Assembly (NCBI RefSeq): GCF_023055435.1
Contig: NW_025964361.1
Location: 40,486,001-40,550,000 of the forward strand
Reading direction: 5' to 3'
DNA length: 64,000 bases
Source: Haliotis rufescens
Taxonomy: Eukaryota
Both the position numbers and the translations under genes were made by a program. Positions 24,201 to 36,200 of the stretch are shown here, piece by piece; position 1 is the first letter of the stretch; each line of letters opens with the position of its first letter. The notes beneath the pieces were generated by a model that saw only the letters and a list, made by a program, of their open reading frames with translations, was not told the origin of the DNA and made no database searches.

Positions 24201-27200
24201 CAGAATAGGTCTCTACTATCTTATGTTTTACGAGCTGGCTAAACTGGCAATCCTGTGGCTTCACAGAGTGGATTTTTGCTCATGCTGTCAGTAAATGTAT
24301 TGTCTTGTACAGGGTAAATTATTTACCGGTGTAATACTGATAAAATGTTGATGCTTTTCCTATATATACTACTTAAAGTTAAAGAACATTCATTTCATGT
24401 TCTTTAGCTTCTTTCAAGTTGTATACATCAAGAACTAGTAGATAAAATGAGTTAGTGTCTACCCATAATTGTAGGAAAAACCAGCCCAATGTTAAAATTA
24501 TCCTTCTTCCAAGGAGTGATGTCATCTCTATTTTCAAAAGTTTGCCTATGTGTAATTAGTATTGGTGTGAGAAACATGTTATTTCTGTGTGTCCTGAATG
24601 GCAGGTTTCTGGTTAGTGTATGACCTTGATTTAGGTCAGTTTTGAATTTAGACATGTCGTTTAAATATTTTATTCTTCATTGGCCCAATTACTATGGATA
24701 TCATGTGATGACCCAAATCTGTCTGTAGCTCCAAGTCCTCTTCATCCAAGGACAAGGAGATTGTGAAGGAGAAATCACATAAGGATAAATCTGGGGAGAG
24801 GACCAAGGACAAGTCCATGACGAAGGAGGAACGTGCAGAGGCTAAGGCAGCTCGGGAGAATGGCAAGTCGGAGAAGAAGAAGAGTGAGAAGAAGAGTAAG
24901 GAGGAGAAGGGGTCGAAGGTGAAGCGTGAGAAGGAGGACGGTGATCGGTCCGAGAAAGAGGAATCCAGGAGTAGCCTGAGCAAGGAGCCTGGAGAGAGAG
25001 TGGATGAGCGGATTATCAGCACTGGCAGTTCCCTGAGGCATAGTACAGACAACTCTCCTCGATATGGCGATGAAAGAGGTACAATTTCTGCATGTTCTGT
25101 CCAATGATTGGAGTTGAGGTGAAATTGAGTTTAACGTCGCTTCCAAGACTATTGCACTTATATAGCGACATGCATGCACGTGTGTGTGTTTGGGGCTGCT
25201 TGTACTAGTCCGGACTGATACTGATTTATAGTGCTAGCTCACTGAGATACCATGCCGCAGTTTAACATGAAGACACAGTATACTGACTCCGAGCCGACCA
25301 GTCCTTGTTTTTGCCCCTTAATGCTGAGCACCAGACAGGGTAACAACAAGTACCATCTTTTAACATCTTTTGGTATGATGTGGCCGGGGATCGCAACCCG
25401 GACCTTCCGCTCTCCGGGCGGACACTCTACCACAGTTTCCAATGATTGGAAAGTAGGCAGGCAACTTAGAGTAGTCACAACTCATTAAGCAGCCCCCAGT
25501 AAGCAAGGAGAAGTTTAATTGTGTTTGCTACATTTGACCTCCACCACAGCTGCAGCCATCTGCTTATGACAGATCTTGGAGACTTCATGCCTTATACAAA
25601 TCCTGTATAACCCCGGGGAATGTTTCGGACATGTCGTTGGATGACATTGATGGTCAGGGTCACTCAAAGTTCAGTGTTAATGAATGGGATTTGATGAAAC
25701 TTATAACGATTGTGTCAGACGTCACATTCACTTTGTAGGCCATTCACTCATGAAATTAACTGACTTGTAAATAGTTTCATTCAAAAAGTGGTGACAGTAT
25801 GGTATGGCATACCAACTTCATGTTTGTTACTCAACTGTAGTACGCAACAAGTGATGTTCTTGCACTTGATTGAATGACATTGAAGGTTAACATCAAAAAC
25901 TTTGAATTTTTTTTATACCTGATCTCCAGCCAGTTCATGGCTGAGATTGAAGGTCAAGGTCATTAAACCAGATATGCTTTTGGCTTTGTTAGTAAGGTAG
26001 TTAGAGGCATAGGACTTTCTGTTTCGAAGTTCTAGCTGATTGTGCATGTGTGATGTTAACTGTCTGATTTGGTCAAGTTAAAATGATTTATGATACATGT
26101 ACCTGGTGGGAAAATTTTGAGGCATTAAGGGAAAGGTGGGGACGGCATGTCATTCAAACACATTTCTAGTTTTGTACTGTGTGACTTCATTTTGTGATAA
26201 ATTCATAAAGACTGGTTATAACTGATGGCAAATAAAGAACTCATTGTGACTTTGTGAATTTATTTCAGATTCCAAACGGAGGAAGATTGACGTGTCATCG
26301 TCAGGTTCTAAGGTTAGTAGTATAGAGCTTATGGAGGTATGTTCCTAGCAGGAGTCGCTCTCAAGGAGGAGGATACAGTCAGCGCAGGAGTGGGGCACAG
26401 GCAGCTGCCTACTAATCAGTCTTCTTTTTGAGTATTCTAGGGAGAAGTTGTGTATTGTCAAGTCCACATGGAGGAGGAGGGAGTGCTCAAGGCATGGGAG
26501 CTAATCGGTGATGGAGGGTCAAATAGGAGTAGTGTAGGGGGGATGGAGCAAGCTAGCATATTACGCATGCAGCCACCTGGTGGGGGGTCCATCACTGCAT
26601 CAACACCGCAACATCGTAGATGTGCACGTCACCTGGCCACAGCTCATCTCAAGTCGGGGCTTTGCATACCCTCATGAGTTTATCAGAAGGATGTCGCCAA
26701 ATCAAGGTAGCCACTTCTGGCTCAAGATTCGGCCATCTAATTGCCGGCCTGGAAAAGCTGTTTGTCAAATGCTGTTTGTCCAATTGTCTGTGGTAAAGGA
26801 AGTCCTATCACTATAGAGTCGCCCTTTATTGAAAAATTTGAAGAAATTTGAAATCGTTCCTCTGTCGGCAATTATGTGAAGAAGAAGCTTTTTTTAGGCT
26901 GTGATGTCTAAAGTTATTCCAGATCTTCCCAGTAAAGTCATGGCGCATCATTTACCCGGTTAGGGTAATTTGGTTGATAAAGCTGTAATCCCATGATAAG
27001 GCAGCGAGCCAGTCAAGATGTCTATATAAAAGTATGCTCCTCAGTTGATGAAATATATAGACAGTCGTGTCACTTGATAAGTTGCCTTTAAACGGGAGAG
27101 ACTCTCATGTGTTAAATCAGTGTTTGAAGATGGGATGTAAATGAACACTGAGAAAAAGAACATTGGATGAGATGAAAGCATAATCCGTGTCTTGGAATCT

Positions 27201-30200
27201 ATGTATCCGCCAAATATGCCAAAGTGTAAAGAAATCCAAAATATAAATGAGAAGAAATTCTTCCCTGTTCTGCTGTGAGGATCACCATTGTGAATGCCCT
27301 GTTGTGCAAGGATCATCACAAAAAGAGGATGTCGCTTTAATGAAAAGACTTTTCATTAAAAGAAAACTAGTTTGGAAGAAGAGGAGAGAAGCTTGATGAC
27401 GGAAGCTGCAGAAACGTCTATTAATTCACCTCAAAGATGATGAAGAGAGTATAGTAATTAGTTCTTTGGAAATTGTGATAATAAGCTTAATTGATTCAGT
27501 ATTGGAGTAAGCACATCAAGGATTCTCAGTCTATCATCAATTGACTACATGCTCTTAAAGCAATGATTAAGTTCTAAGAATATTTTGTGTAAGTCATATG
27601 AGGAATTTATCAGGACTTCTACAGTGTATATTAATTTTAATTTCTTTTTGTCTAAGTTGTACAGCAATTTAAAAGAACAAATCTAATGTGATAAATTTTG
27701 AAAGGTTTAGAGTCTTGGTTTAAATTGTTTACTGTCAAAGTGACACAATTTGATTTTCAGAATTTATCCTGAGACTTTGTACATCACGGTTAAGCTACAA
27801 AAAGATATTTTTAATTAATGATAAGTGTTTACAACCTTTTTCTGATGAGGGGCCGGGATGTGTACACAGGACTATTCAGAGATAAATATGTATGGATGTC
27901 AGTGAGCTAATATGGCCATGGAACAAGCCTTATTAACTTCTTCCAAAGAGCGCAAGTATTCCAAGAAGCCTGCCAAATTCTGAATTTGGGCACTAGTTTA
28001 CAATGATTTTGTTTTCATCACTGGAGCTCTTTACACTCCAGACTTTCAACCACATGTCCAACAGGATGGAAGAAGTGTGAGTTTGTATTGGTGCTTACTC
28101 ACTGACCAGTGATACCGATTGTGATTGCAAGTGAGTTAGTCCCCTTGTGTGTAAATGAAGAAATCCTTGAAGGCATTCGTCAGTGCTTGACCGAATAAGT
28201 GGTGAAATATGTGTGAAACAACGAATAACGACTCCATGTTGAGGAGTCTCACAGAAGTGTCTGAAATGTGTTTGTGAATTTAGAAAGTGTGAGAGTGCCA
28301 AGTGAAATTCAATGATGGAGGTTCATTCAAAGTTGTCAACACCTGAAGAAGATGGCCAAAATTGATCTTTTCTCCTTGTTTCAATGCTTTTCTACTCGGT
28401 CATTTCGTTTTCAGTTCAGTTGTTTATCTCATATCAATGGGCAATTAAATATGTTTTCATATTCTTTTGTTAATATTGGATGTATATCGATTACAAAAGT
28501 GCATGATTGGTTAATGTTTAGCTTTATTTTTACAGATTTTTGATTGTTTGTTTTTGTGTTACCATGGCTACGATTTGTCTTTGTGATACTGAGGTTGTTA
28601 TGCTGTAAGGTATTCCTGTCTGAGAATGACTGTGGTAATGTTAGGCTTAACTGTGCCTTGTGGAGACTTTTACTTACCTCTCAAATGAAAAATACAATCA
28701 AGCTTGTCAATGAATGAATCTCTTATGTATTTATTATGCATATTTTGTTAATTAGTAAAACATTCTTTTTTTCTGTTTTGGATAAAAACAGTATTATAAC
28801 CATGTTTTGGTCACACTCACATTTAAAGCTAGAAATATAATTTCAGTTAATATGAATAAAAGAATTTTACCGTCAGATAATCTGTGTTAGACTAACTATG
28901 GAAATGGTCAGATTTGCAAAATTGAATTCATCATAGTTACGTTTGATCTTATAGTTTGCAATGAATTGATTGTTGTTTTCTATGAGGATCTTGATTGGAC
29001 ACAGGATTAACATGATTGAGGAATCTTTGGTTCTACTATCATGTTACAGTAGAATAAGAAAACCAAACTAAGTCCGTGGAGGAAGATGCAATCATGTGAC
29101 ATGGTTTATAGTTGCTGTTACGTAGCTGACTAGGCATGCACGGACGTGTAAATAATGGATACGAACATAAGTAGGAATGAGGAAATAGAAAATGTGCCGT
29201 AAATAACATGCGAGAATAACATGACCATAGTTGTTGGTGTACGAAATGAAATACAAATTCTCTTGAGGCCACACTTTTTTTACTTACTTTGCTTGCCAAC
29301 TGTAAATTTTGTTGAAATGCAAAAACAAATATATTCAGAATTTGATCTCTTATTTTATCCCACCAATAAGCTGATAGCATGTTGCACCACCAAATACATT
29401 TCTAAACAGGGACCCAGTGAAGTTGAAAATATTAAACATAGGAGTCAAATTAAAGTTTTTTGGTTGTCCCTGAAATTGACACATAGATGCACAACAGTAA
29501 CATGTGGCAAAAAGAAAAAAACCTTATTGTGAGAAATTCGATTTCTTCAATGTGGTAATTATCATACTTTGAATAAAAGGAGACAAGATTGAGAGCAAAG
29601 ACGAAAACTGTTGATAAAAGGGTGGATCTTTGGAGTACTGGACCAAGTTACTGAAGAGATTGTTTATAGGGCTTCGATTTCCTCCAAATATAAGCTTTGT
29701 TTTGAGGCTGAGCATGTCTATCTTTCTCTGTCTGAAACAAAATGTTTATGTTGTCCATTGGGTCAAATTGAATACACTTTGGTAAACTACTCTGTTTTTT
29801 CAGACATTCTCAATAGTTTAATTAAAGTATGGAAAATGTTTACAAAGCTTCACAACTGTCCACAAATACAAAACCTCGGAATTTAGGTCTTCTTCACTTG
29901 ACATGTGACCACTTCTGCTTAAACATATGATTATTGATGTGACAATAAATTACATAATTTTGAACTATAAACAACAAAACGTATATTCAGTTTGTTCCTA
30001 TGCTCCTGTGATCGACACTCTATAATTACTAGTAATGTTAAGAACAGTGCCAACATGACCCATGTTGGTTTTGGTTATAGATTATGTGATGGAGATCTCA
30101 CTCAAATCTGTTGTCCAAAGGAGCAAGTTGATTCTACTCCTGGAATCAACAGATCCGAGTCTTTTCTCTGACTTAAACTGGGGGCACGGGTGGCCCAGTC

Positions 30201-33200
30201 GTCTAAGGTCCCGCGAATCGCTGTGAAGAGTTGCGTCCCTTGCACACGCCTGAAACCTATGACTATGGGTGGAATCCCAGTTCGCCCCGATTATGATTCT
30301 AGGTCTGTCAGCACCATACCCGTGCTCGTGGGTTTCACCGAATTGGTAAACGTCTGAGATCTGCATCACTTAGGGCTTTCCTCCCACATTAAGCAGACAC
30401 TCCGCGATATAACTGGAATAATGTTAAAAGCGGCGTTAAACCCAACTCACTCACTCACTCACTCTAACTTAAACCATGTCATGGTTGATACATTATATAT
30501 GTATAGTTGGCATGATGATCTATAGTTGCTTCAGTTTTACTTGTTAAAATCCACGTTCAGAATGGCCAGTGAATTCCTGGCTCCGAATCAAGTGCAACAA
30601 CTATAACATGATGTGACCATAATGGTTCAACAGCAGATAATATTTTTACATAATTCCCTTAGTTATATACATTCATAACTTAAGTTATGAATATGTTACA
30701 GTAATGTTGTAATCTTGAATACTTTAACATTCCATGATTGATGTATAGTTGATTACTACCAATGTTATTCGTGTTTTGTTTCATAATCCCACATTTTTAT
30801 TTTCTAAGCAAACATTTTATGATTGAAATCCAGTTGTGGCTGCATGTATAATGTATAACAGTACAATTGATGAAGATATGGTTCGTAATCAGTATGACCA
30901 TGAGCATTAACTGCTAACAGTGATAGATATCAAGAGTTGAAATACATTTTGATGTTATTACCATGTAGTAAATGTATGAATTCTATTGTGTGGAGAAAAA
31001 TGACAAAGTTTAATTTCAAATGTTTTTTGTAACAAAATGTCTTTATTTAATTGCATTATGAAGATAGTGTATTAATATTTCCTGGAATCAGGACCTTGAT
31101 TCCATATTAGCAATGTCATCCTATCCTATGACTGTGGGTTTGAATCCGAGATTTATCCAGTTTATTTTTCAAGGTTTGTCAGCGTCACACCTGGGTTTCA
31201 CCAAAATAATAAATGTCATCACTTCCTGCTTTTCTCTTACTGATATTACAGAGACAATGCTTAAAGCAGTCTCACTCTCTATATGAAGTTGTAACAGGTT
31301 ATGATGACATCTAATTTAGAAAATTAAAACATCTCCATAAAACATAATGTGTAGTGAATGATATGTCATTAAAGTCACCAATTTACAGTGATTTTTGTAC
31401 TGGAAAAGTTAATAGTGTGATTTCATAAACACTATTAGGGCACTTTTTATCAGTTAAGGTTGTTATTTTCAATGATCTGAGTGAAATAGTTATCAGGGAT
31501 GATAATAGAAAGAGAATCATGTTTTCCATAGTTTATTTGCATCATTTAGATAATTAGTGACAAACATGACAGTGTAATTCATTCATACATTTCTAAAATT
31601 GAAATTTAATTTTAGAATATTTTGTGCAACCCCATTATCAATTTTCCAGAGTATAATATCTCCATTCTATCATGATGAATACCCTGGGCCCATTCCCTAC
31701 CATAGCTTCATCCTGAGACTGCAATGCTGCAATTAGCAATCAAATGAAATTACACTCATGTGCAAGAGAATTTCTGTCGGATGCTCATGATGAAAGATGT
31801 GGAGTTGGCACCAATAGCTATGGTTGAATGTGCCTAGGGTATTTATCATAACAGAGGGGAAATACAATACACTGGATAATCGATAATATTTAGTTTTAAT
31901 TTGAAAACTTCACAATAAATCTTCATGCTCTGTGAATGTAGGGCTGGGTTTTTTTATCAGGCTTTGCCCCAGAATCAAAGATATCTCTATTCGCTCGTTC
32001 TGAGGTTGGGCGGTGGGGAAGCCTTGTGGTTAAAGCATTTGCTTGTCAAGTGGGCACAATGTGTAAAGCCCATTTCTGGTGTCCCCTGCCATGATATTGC
32101 TGGAATATTGCTAAAAGTGGCGTAAGACCATACTCACTCACTCATTCTAAGGTCTATTTGTAACCTCTTCCAGTATTACATGAAAGACCCAAACCGAAAA
32201 GCCACCCTTGTTAACAATAGTGTCAACATGGATATGGCCTGATTATTTTTCTGATAATTCAACACTATTTTGGAGATTTTGACCTAGTTCCATCTTCAAT
32301 TATAATTTATTAAAATCTGATACATGTTATGTTTAGGTTTCGTTTATCATTACTCCACAGTGGAACATGGAAGTTACCTGTGTTATAGAACTCAGTAGGA
32401 TTTGAGATGCCATACTTTCATGCTTACCAATGATAGGTGACGGTGGTCTATTTGTCTACCTTTGAAATGTTAACTTCTTGGACAAATCTGTTTTTACAAG
32501 CTTACTGGATATCAGAATGTCTTATCAAGTGAAGCATTGTTTCACTTTGATATTTGAGAAACTGCTTTTAATTTTTGACAATGTTTTTGATTACATTACA
32601 TTTGTGTAAGTCATTTGAATGTCGCTCCAGAATTTCTCAACCTCTAAGAAGAGGAGAGTGTCAGTGATGTCATGAACAATAAAACTCTGCTTCATCAACC
32701 AAGTAACTAATTATGTATGTCAAATGTCTTTTACCTTGTTTCATGTCATGTCGTGTTCACTGTTAATACACTTGATACAATGGAGTGTTACTTGCTGCAA
32801 GGAGCATATTTAGCTTGCCTATTCTGGATGGTAATCATCTCAACATTCCCCAGAGCATGTCACTATGAACTAGACCGATGCAGTGATTTATCCAGGCCTG
32901 CTTTAAGGCCGATATTCAGCCCCAGTACTGCACTCATGTCTGCAAAAATTCGCAATTTGAATTTAACATTTCCCAATTCCTCAAAATGATGAAAATAAGA
33001 ACATTAAGAAGGATCCAATTTTGAACAAAGTTACGATTTCTTCAACAATTTGCCTTCCAAGGGCACTTATTTTGAAATCCTAGATTAACCTTGGTGATGC
33101 ATATGTTGAGAGATCAGTGAGACAACATTAACAGTGTAACAGCTGGGTCAACTTCAGATGGACTCCCATTGTGTTTGGGGGGAGTAAACTTGGCATGTTA

Positions 33201-36200
33201 CACGGATCACTTGAATGAATATAATGAAGATTAAAGTATTTATTGATTCGTTTGTACGGATCAACTATACTTCTCCCTGTGGTCATAAGCTTTGTGTGGT
33301 AATCATTCCAATCAAGCATTGATGAAAAATTTGAACTCATTTTAATCTTTTGATTTGCCTTGACACATGATAAGACTTCCCAGATGGCCTGAAAAATTGT
33401 TAATCTTTGATTAAGCTGTAAGTAAAAGAGGTTTTTGTAAATCAAATAATGAAATACTTTTTCATCTGTATTTTTTTTTTTTCATATGCGTGCAAGACCA
33501 AATTTGTCACAATAATAATCTCACTGGTCCCTCAGCCACGGTAATGCATAAGTATGGTTTGTAGTGGCCTGCTCTCACAAGCAGTAAATTCAAAGATGTG
33601 AAGTTATACCTCTCGTCTCCTCCGACAAGCCTGTTGTGGAAAGGGAAAGAAGGTGAATTTGAGGTCAAGAGGGATGAAGGCAGTGATTGAAGACTTTCCA
33701 TACTGATGAGAAGATGAATCTGCCAAGACCAAGGTTCCCAGCATCTGTCAACAAGTACATAGGGACCTACTGTTTGATTTTCTTGGGGGGGGGGGGGACC
33801 TGGGATTTTTTTGGGGAAAAACTTTTTCCAGAAAAGGTGGGAAAATATAATCTAGCCTCATGTTTTACCTCCCAAAATGTTTTGTTCACTCTGGGTGTTC
33901 TGAACAATAATGTGTTGTGGTTCAAGTTCCAGAAAAAAAGTCAATAAACAGTGTCAACCAAATATCCCAGTCACCCCCACCCCCTCCTATTCCCCCAAAG
34001 AATGTTAGATGGTTGGTTCCTTAGATATGTATTTTAGTTCACCTTTTTGTACATGTTGATGTTATCCATGCCATGTTACAAGCAGACATGTCATACACCA
34101 AGCCTTAGGAGGATACACCTGCATTTGAATTCGTCACTGATTTAAAGCTTGAAGTGCTATTTTGGGTCCTTGTTAAATTACTGAGTGTCATGCCAATGCA
34201 ATTTCAAAGAAGACACTAAAAAATGCCTGATTTGTTGTTTCATGATCAAAGGTATTTGTTGACCCACAGATTTTTTGTGAAAATTAAATCATGTGACGAT
34301 CTATGATGTATATCAGGTACTGTTGTATGTCATTACATCAAAAGGTGAATCCCCCTTCTGGCCAGTGTAAGGCATTCTTGGTTGAATTGTATCCATCTTG
34401 TCAGATATGTTCTCTGTAACACTTCCTGAAGTTGATGTGGACTGTTACTGATGTCACTAATGTGGACATTGCATTTGCAAAGGGAAACGTTATCCATATC
34501 ACACATCTTACAACTAGAACTTACATTTCAGGAGGCTGTCCATGAGGGCAAGTCCAAACACAAGAGGGTAAGTTTGGTTGCTGCATACATGCACTATACA
34601 TATATTATCTGATTATTTGACATTCATTTATTTTTGACACCTCAACAGGTTTCTTGAATATGAGGTTAACTGTGGTTACCATACACCCTCATCCATCCAT
34701 TGTTATTTATTAGCTGTTCTTTATGTGGGGAAGAGCTTATACACTAATGGATGAGGCGATACAGTTACCACAGCTATCACATTGGTTGGCAGTTAGGACG
34801 GCCCTCAACCCTCTTTACACCTCACCCAGGTCATACCCATGTGCTTTCATGTGGAAACCCTGACATCTTGAGACTGTGAGACATTTTGAGATACCTACAT
34901 ATCCAAATTATATGTCTCTTGGTTTTACCTCGCCCCTGACCAGGTTTTACTGTTGTCACTGTCTTTGCTGAGCTGCACTGGTGTCTAGGTCTAAAGAGGG
35001 ATGCACTGGTGTCTCAGTCTTTGCAATACTGCATTGGTGTCTCAGTCTGAGGATGGAGTCACTGGTGTCAGTCTAAGGAGGGCTGTACTGGTCTCTCAGT
35101 TTATGCAGAGCTGCACTAGTGTCTTGTCTATGCTCGGCTGAACTGGTGTCTCCATCTGTGCAGAGCTGCACTGGTGTCTCAGTTTTTGCAGAGCTGCACT
35201 AGTGTCCTGTCTATGCTCGGCTGAACTGGCGTCTCCATCTGTGCAGAGCTGCACTGGTGTCTCAGTTTTTGCAGAGCTGCACTAGTGTCCTGTCTATGCT
35301 CGGCTGAACTGGCGTCTCCATCTGTGCAGAGCTGCACTGGTGTCTCAGTTTTTGCAGAGCTGCACTAGTGTCCTGTCTATGCTCGGCTGAACTGGCGTCT
35401 CCATCTGTGCAGAGCTGCACTGGTGTCTCAGTTTTTGCAGAGCTGCACTAGTGTCCTGTCTATGCTCGGCTGAACTGGCGTCTCCATCTGTGCAGACCAT
35501 GTCTGTTTGTGCGAGGCTGCCACTAGCAAACAGTAACTTGCAGCATTTTAAACATCTTAATGAACATACAGACCTATTCATTTTAATTAAAAAACAAAAT
35601 TTACACAATGATCATTTAATTGTGTGCTATTGCTCCTCTCAGAAAATGGAGAAAGACAAAAGCACACAGCTCCTATCACATTGACAGACAGATATAACTA
35701 ATAATGGGTTATGTGCTCTTCTACTGCACACAGATTGTTTTCAAGCTGGAAACACTTGTACATACACAGGGAAATCATTAAAATCATATTAAATTATAAA
35801 GGTACTCCATGAACCATGCTCCAGAAACCTGACCTTGACGTTGTGGAACAAGACATTCTTTGGGCAATATTTACCTTGTTCCACATGTCTTTGTATTGTC
35901 CTTCCACAGGTATTTAAGTTCTAACCTCAATGCACAGGGGATGTCTCAAATAACCCCATGGGGATTCCTGGTTAAACTGATCCCCAGTAAACTATGCTTG
36001 TCATATGAGGCAACTAATAGATGAGGTGGATGGGCTCGGAGACACGGTTGACAATGTGGATTGTTTCTATTATCATTGTTGTGTCTCATCCAGACTCAAT
36101 TATTTACCTGCCACCATCATATAGCTGGAATTTGCATCAAACACACACAAAAGCCTTGCATCGCTTGTGCCTCTGTATTAACCTGGAGGTACAGATTTTC

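Noticed and set aside
35890-35916. Pyrimidine tract plus CAG|GTATTT, a possible recursive splice site
   Set aside because: Regenerated donor is weak and the intron is only about 5.8 kb; unsupported without reads
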